A DNA stretch of 55,475 nt. Origin: Halobacteroidaceae bacterium (GTDB lineage: Bacteria; Bacillota; Halanaerobiia; B1SED10-174). A program made the position numbers and the translations under genes. The notes beneath the pieces are model-generated. The model was not told the origin of the DNA, made no database searches, and saw nothing but the letters and a program-made list of their open reading frames with translations. The stretch spans positions 1 through 55,475 of the forward strand of contig PWFS01000009.1 in NCBI GenBank assembly GCA_003554145.1, written 5' to 3'. Positions 9,165-18,305 of the stretch are shown piece by piece (positions within the stretch are counted from its first letter, which is position 1; the number at the start of each line of letters is the position of its first letter).

Positions 9165-9272
9165 AAATTCTTAATTTCTCCAGCAGCCCGACAGTCCTGG
9201 GATTTATCCTGGACTCGAGGCTTTGCGTCCCTGCTTTTCAACAGGTTTGCCCTTTCTAGAGGTTGTTTTTCA
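9125..9272 (-). ncRNA. Candidate orphan sRNA (~150 nt), class unknown
   Basis: Bounded by a near-consensus promoter (9279-9307) and an intrinsic terminator (9123-9164). It has no ATG and no SD. Internal irregular hairpin gcct..agtcc-a-gga-taaa-tcc-ca-ggact..gggc. Confidence 0.45.
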
Positions 9273-9278
9273 AGTCTA

Positions 9279-9307
9279 ATTATAGCATAAGGGTCAGCCC
9301 GGGTCAA
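9279..9307 (-). promoter_or_regulatory. Near-consensus sigma-A promoter on the minus strand
   Basis: Minus strand reads TTGACC, 17-nt spacer (cgggctgacccttatgc), TATAAT, with an extended -10 TGc. Confidence 0.6.
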
Positions 9308-9699
9308 TAAAAAGCTGATTTGATTTTCTTTCAACTGAACCCGGGTAAGCCCGAGATCTTTTGAAGTGGGGACTTGAAAGTGTTTGGCGGGCCCGGTTGA
9401 TTGGCCACAATCAAAAAATGAACTTATAATCTATAACAGCAAGAAATATCAGATTGCAGAAGTTCAAAACAAAGATAACTGGGGCAGGGAAAAGGATAAA
9501 AAAGGGCAGAGATAGATTTAGTTGAACCATACAGGTCTGGCAGGTCTGGGGAGTGATAAGAAGCGGTAATCATCCACCTGTAGAGAATGGAGAAATTATG
9601 GTTATAATCGCTAAAGAATGATTTTATGCGGCAGGTAAGTTAGAGGTTATTATAGAAAAAAAAGGTAGGTGCAAAAAGAAAAAATGGAGGAATTAGATA

Positions 9700-10980
9700 A
9701 TGAGATTAAAAATAAAAAATGGAAAAATCATGCATCAGGAAAAAGGGATTATTGCCGGAGATATCCTTATTGAGAATGGGGTTATTGTTTCCTGTGGTGA
9801 TGAAGATTCTCGGGATTATTCAGCGGATCGGGAATTAGAGGCGGAAAATTGCCTGGCCCTTCCTGGTTTAGTTAACTGCCATACCCACGCTGGAATGGTT
9901 TACACCAGGGGTTATGCAGATGATCTCCCCCTGATGACCTGGCTGGAGGATTATATCTGGCCCCTGGAGGCAAAGCTTACGCCGGAGGATATCTACTGGG
10001 GCTCCCTGCTGGCTATTGCAGAAATGATTTCCTCGGGGACCACCACCTTTGCTGATATGTATTTTGCCATGGATCAGGTGGGGAAAGCGGTTCAGGAATC
10101 AGGAATAAGGGCTGTATTGAGCTGGGGGTTGGTAGGCCTTCAGCCGGAGGCGGAGCAGCAGTTGGATAAAACTGTGGAGTTTGCCCGGAACTGGCAGGGA
10201 GCAGCACAGGGTCGGATTAGAACCATGCTGGCTCCTCATGCCCCCTATACCTGTCCCCCGCCCTTCATGAAAAAAGTTCTGGCCCAGGCCGAAAAACATG
10301 AGCTGCCAGTTCACATTCATCTGGCTGAAACCCGGGATGAAATTGAACAAATACAGGGTGAATTTGGAAAAACCCCGGTGCGGTGGGCGCTGGATCTGGG
10401 AATTTTTGAACACAAAACTCTGGCGGCTCACTGCGTGCACCTGGAGGAGGAGGATATAGAGATTTTAAGGGAAAATCAGGTGGGAGTAGCCTACAATCCC
10501 CAGAGCAATATGAAACTGGCCAGTGGAATTGCTCCTGTTTCCCGGCTCCTGGGCCAGGGTGTTCAGGTGGGCCTGGGAACTGATGGTCCGGGCAGTAATA
10601 ATTCTCTGGATCTTTTTTCCGAAATGAAAGCGGGCTCCCTTTTGCAGAAAGTTAGCGGGAGCAATGCCCAGGATCTTCCTGCAGGAACGGTTCTTGATAT
10701 GGGTACCAGGATGGGGGCAGGAATTCTGGGCCTGGAATCGGAGATTGGCGGTTTGCAAAAAGGCAAAAAAGCTGATATAATTCTTCTCAACCTTGATAGT
10801 CCACATCTGACTCCGGTATTTGATCCTACTGCGCATGTGATTTACAGTGCCCGGGGCAGCGATGTGCAAACTACTCTGGTTGACGGTCAGGTGATTTATG
10901 ACCGAGGAGAGTTTCCTACAATTGACCTGGAGAAAGTTAAGTGGGAGGTCAGAAAAAGGACCGAGCGGCTGGCCCGGTAG
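9700..10980 (+). CDS. mtaD: 5-methylthioadenosine/S-adenosylhomocysteine deaminase (amidohydrolase superfamily)
   Basis: NCHTHAGMVYTRGYADDLPLMTWL, HIHLAET and GLGTDGPGSNNSLD motifs. Confidence 0.85.
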   Translation: MRLKIKNGKIMHQEKGIIAGDILIENGVIVSCGDEDSRDYSADRELEAENCLALPGLVNCHTHAGMVYTRGYADDLPLMTWLEDYIWPLEAKLTPEDIYWGSLLAIAEMISSGTTTFADMYFAMDQVGKAVQESGIRAVLSWGLVGLQPEAEQQLDKTVEFARNWQGAAQGRIRTMLAPHAPYTCPPPFMKKVLAQAEKHELPVHIHLAETRDEIEQIQGEFGKTPVRWALDLGIFEHKTLAAHCVHLEEEDIEILRENQVGVAYNPQSNMKLASGIAPVSRLLGQGVQVGLGTDGPGSNNSLDLFSEMKAGSLLQKVSGSNAQDLPAGTVLDMGTRMGAGILGLESEIGGLQKGKKADIILLNLDSPHLTPVFDPTAHVIYSARGSDVQTTLVDGQVIYDRGEFPTIDLEKVKWEVRKRTERLAR

Positions 10981-11067
10981 AAAATTCCTGACCTTCTTTA
11001 AAAGGGTTTACGGGTTTTATAGCGAAGTAGGAAGTAATAAAAAGAGAGTGAAAGGGGGTAGACTTCC

Positions 11068-11805
11068 ATGAAAATATTTTGTTCCCAGTGTGGTGCAGAA
11101 GTTAGGGAAAAAGATATCCTTGGCGTGGGAACTTTTGATCAGAATATAGGAAAATATGCAGGCACAACCTTTGTGACTTTTGAATGTTCCTCCTGTCACC
11201 GCAAGGAATACCAGCTTTTGAGTCAAAACCCTTTCCAGAAAGATCAACCGGCGGATATTTCCGATCACCCGGAGCTGACCCCCGAGGAAATCATGCTGGC
11301 CCAGCGACAGTCCAATTTTCAGCCTGATGACCTGATAGATTTTCACAGCCGTCTGGAGGAAATTTCTACGGTTAAAGAATTTTTGACTGTTTGCTCACTT
11401 CAGAGGAAGGCCTTAATTGAAGATCATGGGCAGCTAATCAAGCAACCCCAGGATGTCTATAACCTCTTCCGAAAATATAATGAACCGGAAAAAAAGCGGT
11501 TGATGATTTTCCTGGTTGATGAGGACAATCGCCTCCTAACCTGGGAAACCATCGGGGAGGGAACCAGACAGCAGCTTTCCTTTGATCCCCAGGTAATTTT
11601 CCGACTGCCCATACTGTTTAAGGGGGAGACTTCCCTGATTATTGCCCAAAATGTAAATTCCATTCAAAATCACCCCAATAAAAAAGACGTTCTTCGAACC
11701 AAGCGGCTGGTAAAAGCGGGGGAAATTCTGGGAATTGAAATTCTGGATCACGTGGTTATACACAAAAAAGGGTTTTTTAGTTTTGATGAACTCAACCTAT
11801 TATAA
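11068..11805 (+). CDS. RadC-like JAB/MPN-domain protein with an N-terminal CxxC...CxxC zinc ribbon and a degenerate metal motif
   Basis: N-terminus has CSQC...CSSC. C-terminus IIAQNVNSIQNHPNKKDVLRTKRLVKAGEILGIEILDHVVIHKKGFFSF resembles the RadC HNHPSG...D...T.RL...L.I.LLDHIII region, but with Q in place of the first His. Confidence 0.7.
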   Translation: MKIFCSQCGAEVREKDILGVGTFDQNIGKYAGTTFVTFECSSCHRKEYQLLSQNPFQKDQPADISDHPELTPEEIMLAQRQSNFQPDDLIDFHSRLEEISTVKEFLTVCSLQRKALIEDHGQLIKQPQDVYNLFRKYNEPEKKRLMIFLVDEDNRLLTWETIGEGTRQQLSFDPQVIFRLPILFKGETSLIIAQNVNSIQNHPNKKDVLRTKRLVKAGEILGIEILDHVVIHKKGFFSFDELNLL

Positions 11806-11826
11806 AGGCCCTAGGGCCTTTTTTTA
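11804..11826 (+). terminator. Rho-independent terminator
   Basis: aaaggcc-ctag-ggccttt followed by a T-run. Confidence 0.65.
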
Positions 11827-11857
11827 TGTTTGAACAATTAGAAGCGGAGGGAGATTA

Positions 11858-14677
11858 ATGGGCAAAAAAGTAAAACTTCGATGGTTTTTTCTGGCTGTAT
11901 TACTTGGTTTGATCTTTTTTGGTGGGGTTTTGATTAATTTTTATGTGGATATTCTGTGGTTTCAGGAGGGGGGTTACCTCAGTACTTTTTTGAAAATACT
12001 CGGAACTAACTGGGGTATCAGGATTATTCAGGTTGCCATCCACTTTTTGTTTTTCCTGGTAAATTTTATGATTTTAAAAAAGGTTATTTACCAGAAATTT
12101 GTTCAGCAGGCTGCTTCCAATGTTATTGATATCGGGGGGCAGGAAGCGGACCTTTCTTTTCTGGAGAATCTTTCCCGACGTTCTTTAACCCTGATAACCG
12201 CCGCGTTTTCTCTTTTCCTGGCAATTGTTTTCAGTGCTGTTAATCCTGAAGCCTGGCGGCAGTTTCTTTTTTTCCTGAATGGAACCAGCTTTGATCTTGC
12301 AGATCCTATCCTGGGGCGGGATGCCGGGTTTTATGTGTTTGAACTGCCTTTTCTCCGCTTCTTATTTGATTCCGGCCTGTTAATGGTAGTGATTACCCTG
12401 GTGGTAGTGGGAGCAGGTTATTTTTTCCTGGCCCGGCCTTCAATTCGCTCCCTGCGTTTGCCGCCCCTGGCCCAGAAGCATTTACTGGGTCTGGGTGCAA
12501 TCTTAATGTTTTTGCGGGCCTGGGGCTATCGGCTGGATATTTACCGGTTGATGTTTTCTGAAGATGGTGTGGTCTTTGGCCCGGGCTATGTTGATGCAAC
12601 GGTGCGTCTTCCGGTTTATAATATTTTAAGTGTAGCCCTGATAATAATTGGGGTCATTACTCTATTTTCTATTTTTATTCGCTCCAAAAAACACGTGCTG
12701 TACCTGGTTGTGGGCTGGCTGGTTGTTGCTTTTGCCCTGACTACCATTTATCCCAACGTGGTGCAGCGGCTGCGGGTGGAACCCAATGAAATAGCCATGG
12801 AAGAAGAATATATCAGTAACAATATAGAGATGACTAATTTTGCTTTTAATCTGCATCAGATAGAGGAGAGGGATTTTTCCTTTACCGGAGAATTGGATTG
12901 GGAAGTAGTTGATCAGTATTCAGATACCATTAATAATGTCCGGATCTGGGACTGGAGACCGATACTGGAAACCTATCGTCAGCTGGAAGAAAGACGACCC
13001 TATTATGTATTTAATCGGATTGATATTGATCGCTATAAGATTGATGGAGAATACCGGCAGGTCATGCTGGCTCCCCGGGAACTGGATCAGAGACAACTCC
13101 CCGAAAGAGCAAAGACCTGGGTTAATCAGGCCCTGCGTTATACCCACGGCCTGGGTATGGCTATGAGTCCGGTTAATATGGCTACACCAGAAGGGTTTCC
13201 TGAAATGATAATTCGGGATATACCTCCTGTTTTTCCCGAGGATATTCCTCTGAATAACCCGGCCATTTATTTTGGGGAAATGGAAAATGAATTTGTGGTG
13301 GCCAGAAATGAAGGCGAAGAATTCCATTATCCCAGTGGGGATCAGAACATTTATTATGATTACACTGGAGAGGGAGGGATTCCCGTAGGAAACAGACTGC
13401 AGCGCCTCTTATTGGCCCTGCGTTTCAATAGTTTTCAATTGTTTTTAGCCGGGGATATTAATGCGGAAAGCCGCTTGATGTTTGATCGATCAATCCACGA
13501 TAGGGTCCGGAAAATTGCTCCTTTCCTGGCCTATGATGGTGATCCCTATACTGTTATTCATGATGGAAGAATTGTGTGGGTTCAGGATGCCTATACCATC
13601 AGCGACATGTTCCCCTATTCCGAAACCTCCCGGGGAGGATTGAATTATATTCGAAACTCGGTTAAGATAGTTATTGATGCCTATCATGGTAGTGTTGATT
13701 TTTACGTGGTAGATGACGATGATCCCATAATTCAAACCTATCAGAAGATTTTCCCCGATATGTTTCAGCCTCTGGAGGATTTTCCCCCAGGGCTGGAAAA
13801 ACATTTCCGCTACCCTGAGGACATTTTTAGCATACAGAGTGAAATGTTAACCACCTATCATATGCGGAATGCCCGGGTTTTCTATAACCGGGAAGATCAA
13901 TGGGATCTACCCCAGGAAAGATATGGCGGTTCCACTATTCAGATGACCCCCTACTATACCATGATGCAGTTGCCGGGGGAGGAAGAAGCCAATTTTATTT
14001 TGATGACACCGTTTACCCCGGTGGGAAGAAATAACATGGTGGCCTGGCTTGCTGCCCGCTGCGATCCGGACAATTATGGCCAGATAATCCAGTACAACTT
14101 CCCCAAGGACCGGCTGGTTTTTGGTCCAATGCAGATTGAGGCCCAGATCGACCAGAATGATGCTATATCCCAGTTGATTTCTCTCTGGGATCAACATGGT
14201 TCCCGGGTCATCCGGGGCAATCTCATGGTGTTACCCATTGGAGATACAGTTCTTTATGTAGAGCCGGTCTTTTTGCAGTCAGAACAGGCGGAAATACCCC
14301 AGTTGCGGAGGGTAATTATGACCACTGGAGAAAGGGTGGTTATGGAACCCACAGTTGAACTGGCCCTGCAGGCTCTTCTGGGTGAAAAAACCCAGGAAGA
14401 ACTGGATCAATTGATAGAAGAAGATGAACTGTTGGAGGAAGAAATTGCGATGGAGGAAGAAGTTATAATTGAAGAGGAGCTTCCGGTTCCAGATGAGCCT
14501 CTATCCCGCGATTTAAACGATTTAATAATTCAGGCCCAGGAGGCTTATGAGCTGGGCCAGGAAGCTTTAAGAGAGGGTGATTGGAACCTGTACGGAGAAA
14601 AACAGGAAGAACTCCAGCAAATTCTGGAACAGATGGGGGCCATAATCGAGGAGGAAGGTCTTGATGAACAATTTTAA
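11858..14677 (+). CDS. UPF0182-family large polytopic membrane protein (function unknown)
   Basis: 939 aa. About seven N-terminal TM helices, then a large soluble domain. YVDILWFQEGGY start typical of the family. Acidic C-terminal tail. Confidence 0.85.
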   Translation: MGKKVKLRWFFLAVLLGLIFFGGVLINFYVDILWFQEGGYLSTFLKILGTNWGIRIIQVAIHFLFFLVNFMILKKVIYQKFVQQAASNVIDIGGQEADLSFLENLSRRSLTLITAAFSLFLAIVFSAVNPEAWRQFLFFLNGTSFDLADPILGRDAGFYVFELPFLRFLFDSGLLMVVITLVVVGAGYFFLARPSIRSLRLPPLAQKHLLGLGAILMFLRAWGYRLDIYRLMFSEDGVVFGPGYVDATVRLPVYNILSVALIIIGVITLFSIFIRSKKHVLYLVVGWLVVAFALTTIYPNVVQRLRVEPNEIAMEEEYISNNIEMTNFAFNLHQIEERDFSFTGELDWEVVDQYSDTINNVRIWDWRPILETYRQLEERRPYYVFNRIDIDRYKIDGEYRQVMLAPRELDQRQLPERAKTWVNQALRYTHGLGMAMSPVNMATPEGFPEMIIRDIPPVFPEDIPLNNPAIYFGEMENEFVVARNEGEEFHYPSGDQNIYYDYTGEGGIPVGNRLQRLLLALRFNSFQLFLAGDINAESRLMFDRSIHDRVRKIAPFLAYDGDPYTVIHDGRIVWVQDAYTISDMFPYSETSRGGLNYIRNSVKIVIDAYHGSVDFYVVDDDDPIIQTYQKIFPDMFQPLEDFPPGLEKHFRYPEDIFSIQSEMLTTYHMRNARVFYNREDQWDLPQERYGGSTIQMTPYYTMMQLPGEEEANFILMTPFTPVGRNNMVAWLAARCDPDNYGQIIQYNFPKDRLVFGPMQIEAQIDQNDAISQLISLWDQHGSRVIRGNLMVLPIGDTVLYVEPVFLQSEQAEIPQLRRVIMTTGERVVMEPTVELALQALLGEKTQEELDQLIEEDELLEEEIAMEEEVIIEEELPVPDEPLSRDLNDLIIQAQEAYELGQEALREGDWNLYGEKQEELQQILEQMGAIIEEEGLDEQF

Positions 14678-15950
14678 TTTTTCCCGGCATTTTCTGCCAG
14701 AGGTTGGCCTGTATCTCTATCACCTGCCCACGGATAAGTTTAAAACCAACACCCTGAAATGCATAATGCCCCTGCCTCTTGAGGCGGAAAAAGCTTCGGC
14801 CAATGCCCTCCTGCCATTTGTGCTTTACCGGGGTTCCGCTGAATACCCGGAAAGCATGGCCCTGATTCGGCGCCTGGAAGAACTTTTCGGGACCGATCTG
14901 GCGGTCGATGTTCGCAAAAGAGGGGAATGGCAGCTGATTGATTTTACCCTGGAAACGGTAAAAAACTCTTTTTTGCCCATGAAGGAGGATATTTTCCCCG
15001 CTGCCCTGGATATTTTACAGGGGATTATCTTTGATCCCTTTCTTCCGGGTGGCAGTTTTAAACAACAGTACCTGGAAAGTGAAAAAAGGACCCTGGAAGA
15101 AGAAATAATTAACCTGAAAAACAATAAAATGGAATATGCCCTGGAGAGATGTTTTCAGGAAATGTGCCAGGGAGAACCCTTTTCCATTTTTCGTTATGGA
15201 AACAGGGAGGCTCTCCAGAAAATTACCGGTGAACAACTGATGCAGCATTATCTGGAAGTACGAAATCAGGCCCCCCTATATTTATTTTTTGTGGGAAATA
15301 TCGGGGCAGAGAAGATCATAGAATGGATCAGAGAAAAATTTCCTCCCCGGGAAAATATTTATTCCATTGAACCCAATGGTGTTTTTATTCCCAACCGTCC
15401 GGAGAAAATTGTGGTGGAAAAGGACATCATATCCCAGGGCAAATTGAATATTGGTTTCAGAACCGGAATTAACAGGCAGAGCCCTGATTTCGCTACCCTC
15501 CTGGTAGCAAATGGTCTCCTTGCTGGTTTTCCCCATTCTCGACTGTTTAGAAAAGTCAGGGAGGAGCAGGGCCTTGCTTATTATATTTTCTCCCGGGTGG
15601 AATCAACCAAGGGTTTAATGACTGTTTCTGCCGGAATAGATGGGGAGCAGCTGGAGGAAACTCTGGATATTATTGAAGGAGAATGGGCCAAAATTGTTAA
15701 TGGGAAAATTAAATCAGAAGAATTGAGCTTTACCAAAAAAGCCCTGGGCAGTCAGTTAAAAATAATTGAGGATGATGCCCTGGAGTTGATTGGGGTTGAA
15801 CTGATCAATGCCATTAACTCCCTGCAGCAGAACCGCAGGGAGTTAATGGAGCAGATTGAAAAGGTGGAGAAAAACGATGTGGCCCGGGTTATGAGTGAAG
15901 TGAAAAAGGATACCCTATTTTTTCTGGAGCCCGACGAGGAGGGAAGCTAA
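14661..15950 (+). CDS. M16-family peptidase-like subunit lacking the HxxEH zinc motif (non-catalytic partner)
   Basis: Pitrilysin-like fold signatures, but no HxxEH. The start (TTG 14661 or ATG 14664) overlaps the UPF0182 stop. RBS GAGGAGGAAGG. Confidence 0.75.
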   Translation: MMNNFNFSRHFLPEVGLYLYHLPTDKFKTNTLKCIMPLPLEAEKASANALLPFVLYRGSAEYPESMALIRRLEELFGTDLAVDVRKRGEWQLIDFTLETVKNSFLPMKEDIFPAALDILQGIIFDPFLPGGSFKQQYLESEKRTLEEEIINLKNNKMEYALERCFQEMCQGEPFSIFRYGNREALQKITGEQLMQHYLEVRNQAPLYLFFVGNIGAEKIIEWIREKFPPRENIYSIEPNGVFIPNRPEKIVVEKDIISQGKLNIGFRTGINRQSPDFATLLVANGLLAGFPHSRLFRKVREEQGLAYYIFSRVESTKGLMTVSAGIDGEQLEETLDIIEGEWAKIVNGKIKSEELSFTKKALGSQLKIIEDDALELIGVELINAINSLQQNRRELMEQIEKVEKNDVARVMSEVKKDTLFFLEPDEEGS

Positions 15951-17233
15951 TGGTAGATTTAAAAGAAACTCTCCTACGGGAAAAACCGGTACTCAAAAAG
16001 TTTTCTAATGGTCTGGCGGCTGCTTTCTGGAATATCCCCGGCTATCAAAAGAAATATGCCATCCTGGAATCCCCTTTGGGTTCCATTCAGGTCCGGGTTA
16101 AGGTGGAGGGTAGAGAAGTGGAAATACCCGAAGGAACAGCCCATTTCCTGGAGCATAAACTATTTGCTGATAAAGAAGGAGGCAGTGTTTTTGATCATTT
16201 TGCCTCCCTGGGTGCTTCCTGTAATGCCTATACCAGCTTTGTTGGTACCAGTTATCTTTTTTCTACCACTGAAAACCTGGAAAAATGCCTTGATTTGCTC
16301 CTGGATTTTGTCCAAAACCTTTATATGACACCCGAATCCATTGCCCGGGAGAAAAAGGTAATAGCCCAGGAGATTTCTATGTATAAAGATCATCCTGGCT
16401 GGCGGGTGTTTTTCAACCTGCTGCAGAACCTTTATTTTCAACATCCAGTCCGTAATGATATTGCCGGAACCAGAGATAGTATTGGTATTATTGATCAGGA
16501 CCTGCTCCGTTTTTGTCATGACACTTTTTATCACCCGGAAAACCTGGTTCTGGCAGTGATTGGAGATATCAATATCGAAGAAATATGCGATTCTATTGCT
16601 CGAAACCAGGCCCGGCAGTGGTCCGGAGAGACCCCCAGTATATCCTTTATGAGTCCCGAAGAGCCCTCCCGGGTAAAAAAGAAAGAAAGCCGGGAACAAT
16701 TCAGCCTGGGCCAGCCAATAATGCAGCTGGGTTTTAAAATTAATGAGCAGCCCCGTCAGAGCAGGGAACTATTAGCCCGGGAACTTTCTTTTGCCCTCCT
16801 GGCTGACATCCTTTTTGGAACAGGTTCCCCGGCGTTTTACGAGTTGTATGATGAAGGTTTAATTGATGATGGGTTTGCAGCTGGTTTTTCCGGGGAAAAA
16901 AGCTTCGGTTATTTTGTAATCGGGGGGGGAACCAATCATCCACAGGAACTGGTAGAAAGGATTTTCAAAGTTCTGGAAAAAACAAAAAAGGAAGGGATAG
17001 ATCCCGCTGACCTGGACCGGGCCCGGAAAAAAATCTGGGGGGGGTTTGTTGCGGGCCTGAATTCTCTGGAGGTTCTTGCCGGCCAGTTTGTTAAAGACTA
17101 TCGCCGCGGTCTGGAACTGGTGGATCATTTTTCCGCCCTGGAGAGAATAACTCCCTCCCACCTGGAGATGTTGCTCCACGATTTTTTACAGGGAGAATAT
17201 TCCAGCATATCAATTGTGGAACCACCATCATGA
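15950..17233 (+). CDS. M16-family zinc peptidase, catalytic subunit
   Basis: Inverted zinc motif HFLEH in GTAHFLEHKLF. TAATG overlap with the upstream M16 gene. Confidence 0.85.
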   Translation: MVDLKETLLREKPVLKKFSNGLAAAFWNIPGYQKKYAILESPLGSIQVRVKVEGREVEIPEGTAHFLEHKLFADKEGGSVFDHFASLGASCNAYTSFVGTSYLFSTTENLEKCLDLLLDFVQNLYMTPESIAREKKVIAQEISMYKDHPGWRVFFNLLQNLYFQHPVRNDIAGTRDSIGIIDQDLLRFCHDTFYHPENLVLAVIGDINIEEICDSIARNQARQWSGETPSISFMSPEEPSRVKKKESREQFSLGQPIMQLGFKINEQPRQSRELLARELSFALLADILFGTGSPAFYELYDEGLIDDGFAAGFSGEKSFGYFVIGGGTNHPQELVERIFKVLEKTKKEGIDPADLDRARKKIWGGFVAGLNSLEVLAGQFVKDYRRGLELVDHFSALERITPSHLEMLLHDFLQGEYSSISIVEPPS

Positions 17234-18291
17234 AACCCATTTCCTTTGCAGCCAGCCTGGAAATACAAAGGCCAGGATTTATTGACCTCCGCACGCCCGG
17301 AGAATTTGGTGAAGGGTCCATCCCCGGGGCAATAAATATTCCCCTTTTCGGAGATGAAGAGTATGCATGCCTGGGAAAGGTCTACCGGGAAGAAGATCCC
17401 ACCCGGGCCCGTTTTTTGGGCTTAAAATTCATAACCCCCCGCCTGTCCGAATTAATGGAGGACCTGGCCGCAATTATTCCTATAAAGACCCCGGTATTAT
17501 TCTGTGCCCGGGGCGGACTGCGCAGTCTGGCAGTATGCCAAATCAGTGAGTTTTTAGATATTCCCGGTTATCGCCTGGAGGGAGGGTACCGGGAATTTCG
17601 ACGTTTTATCCTGGAATTTTTGAAAAACTATAATTGTTCCGGTCCCCTGATTACCCTGCACGGCCTGGCCGGTGCGGGTAAAACTGAAGTTCTGCGTTTA
17701 CTGGATCGAGAAGGATTTCCCGTCCTGAATCTGGAACAGTTGGCCGGACACCGAGGCTCTGTTTTTGGGCACCTGGGGTTTTCCGGCAGGGTGGGGCAGA
17801 AAAAATTTGACGCCCTTTTGTGGAAAAAAATGGAACAACTGGGTTCTTATCCTTTGCTTTTAGTTGAAGGGGAATCAAAACGTGTGGGGGATGTTTATCT
17901 GCCAGAATTTCTTTTAGAGGGAGAGCGGGAAGCAGGGATAAATATTTTCCTGGATACTCCCCGGGAAGAAAGGGTGGAATGGATTGTTCATAATTATTGT
18001 TCCCCGGTAGAAGAAGAGGAATTGCTGGCTCAGGCGCGAAAAGGTTTATATAAAATAGAAAAAAACCTGATTAAAAGAGCAGGAAAAAAAACCTGGCTTG
18101 AACTGCAAAAAGCCCTGGACCGGAAAGATTTTTTCAACTTTACTTTTATTTTATTAAGAGATTATTACGATCCCCTTTACTCCAGTTACTTGAAGAAAAT
18201 TCCTGCTTTTGACCTGATAATTGAGGGAAAAAATCCGGCGGGGTCTGCGAAAAAATTAAGTTCCTTTTTGCAAAACAAATTTTTCACCTGA
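17230..18291 (+). CDS. selU: tRNA 2-selenouridine synthase (rhodanese plus P-loop)
   Basis: Rhodanese active-site loop CARGGLRS. P-loop GLAGAGKTEVL. ATGA overlap with the M16 gene. Confidence 0.8.
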   Translation: MKPISFAASLEIQRPGFIDLRTPGEFGEGSIPGAINIPLFGDEEYACLGKVYREEDPTRARFLGLKFITPRLSELMEDLAAIIPIKTPVLFCARGGLRSLAVCQISEFLDIPGYRLEGGYREFRRFILEFLKNYNCSGPLITLHGLAGAGKTEVLRLLDREGFPVLNLEQLAGHRGSVFGHLGFSGRVGQKKFDALLWKKMEQLGSYPLLLVEGESKRVGDVYLPEFLLEGEREAGINIFLDTPREERVEWIVHNYCSPVEEEELLAQARKGLYKIEKNLIKRAGKKTWLELQKALDRKDFFNFTFILLRDYYDPLYSSYLKKIPAFDLIIEGKNPAGSAKKLSSFLQNKFFT

Positions 18292-18305
18292 AAGGAAGTG
18301 GTTTT

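Noticed and set aside
8960-9259. 99-aa + strand ORF, and the 9146-9334 minus-strand ORF, in the pgsA-mtaD gap
   Set aside because: There is no SD at the proposed starts. Both ORFs run through promoter and terminator signals, and their sequences are Gly/Pro/Ser/Arg-rich and unlike proteins. They are better explained as non-coding.
16160-16699. 179-aa minus-strand ORF inside the catalytic M16 gene. The same class includes 19575-20141, 37006-37545, 45466-46005, 46656-47195 and 12920-13327.
   Set aside because: These are shadow ORFs fully antisense to CDSs with clear conserved motifs. They have skewed low-complexity composition and no SD-positioned starts.
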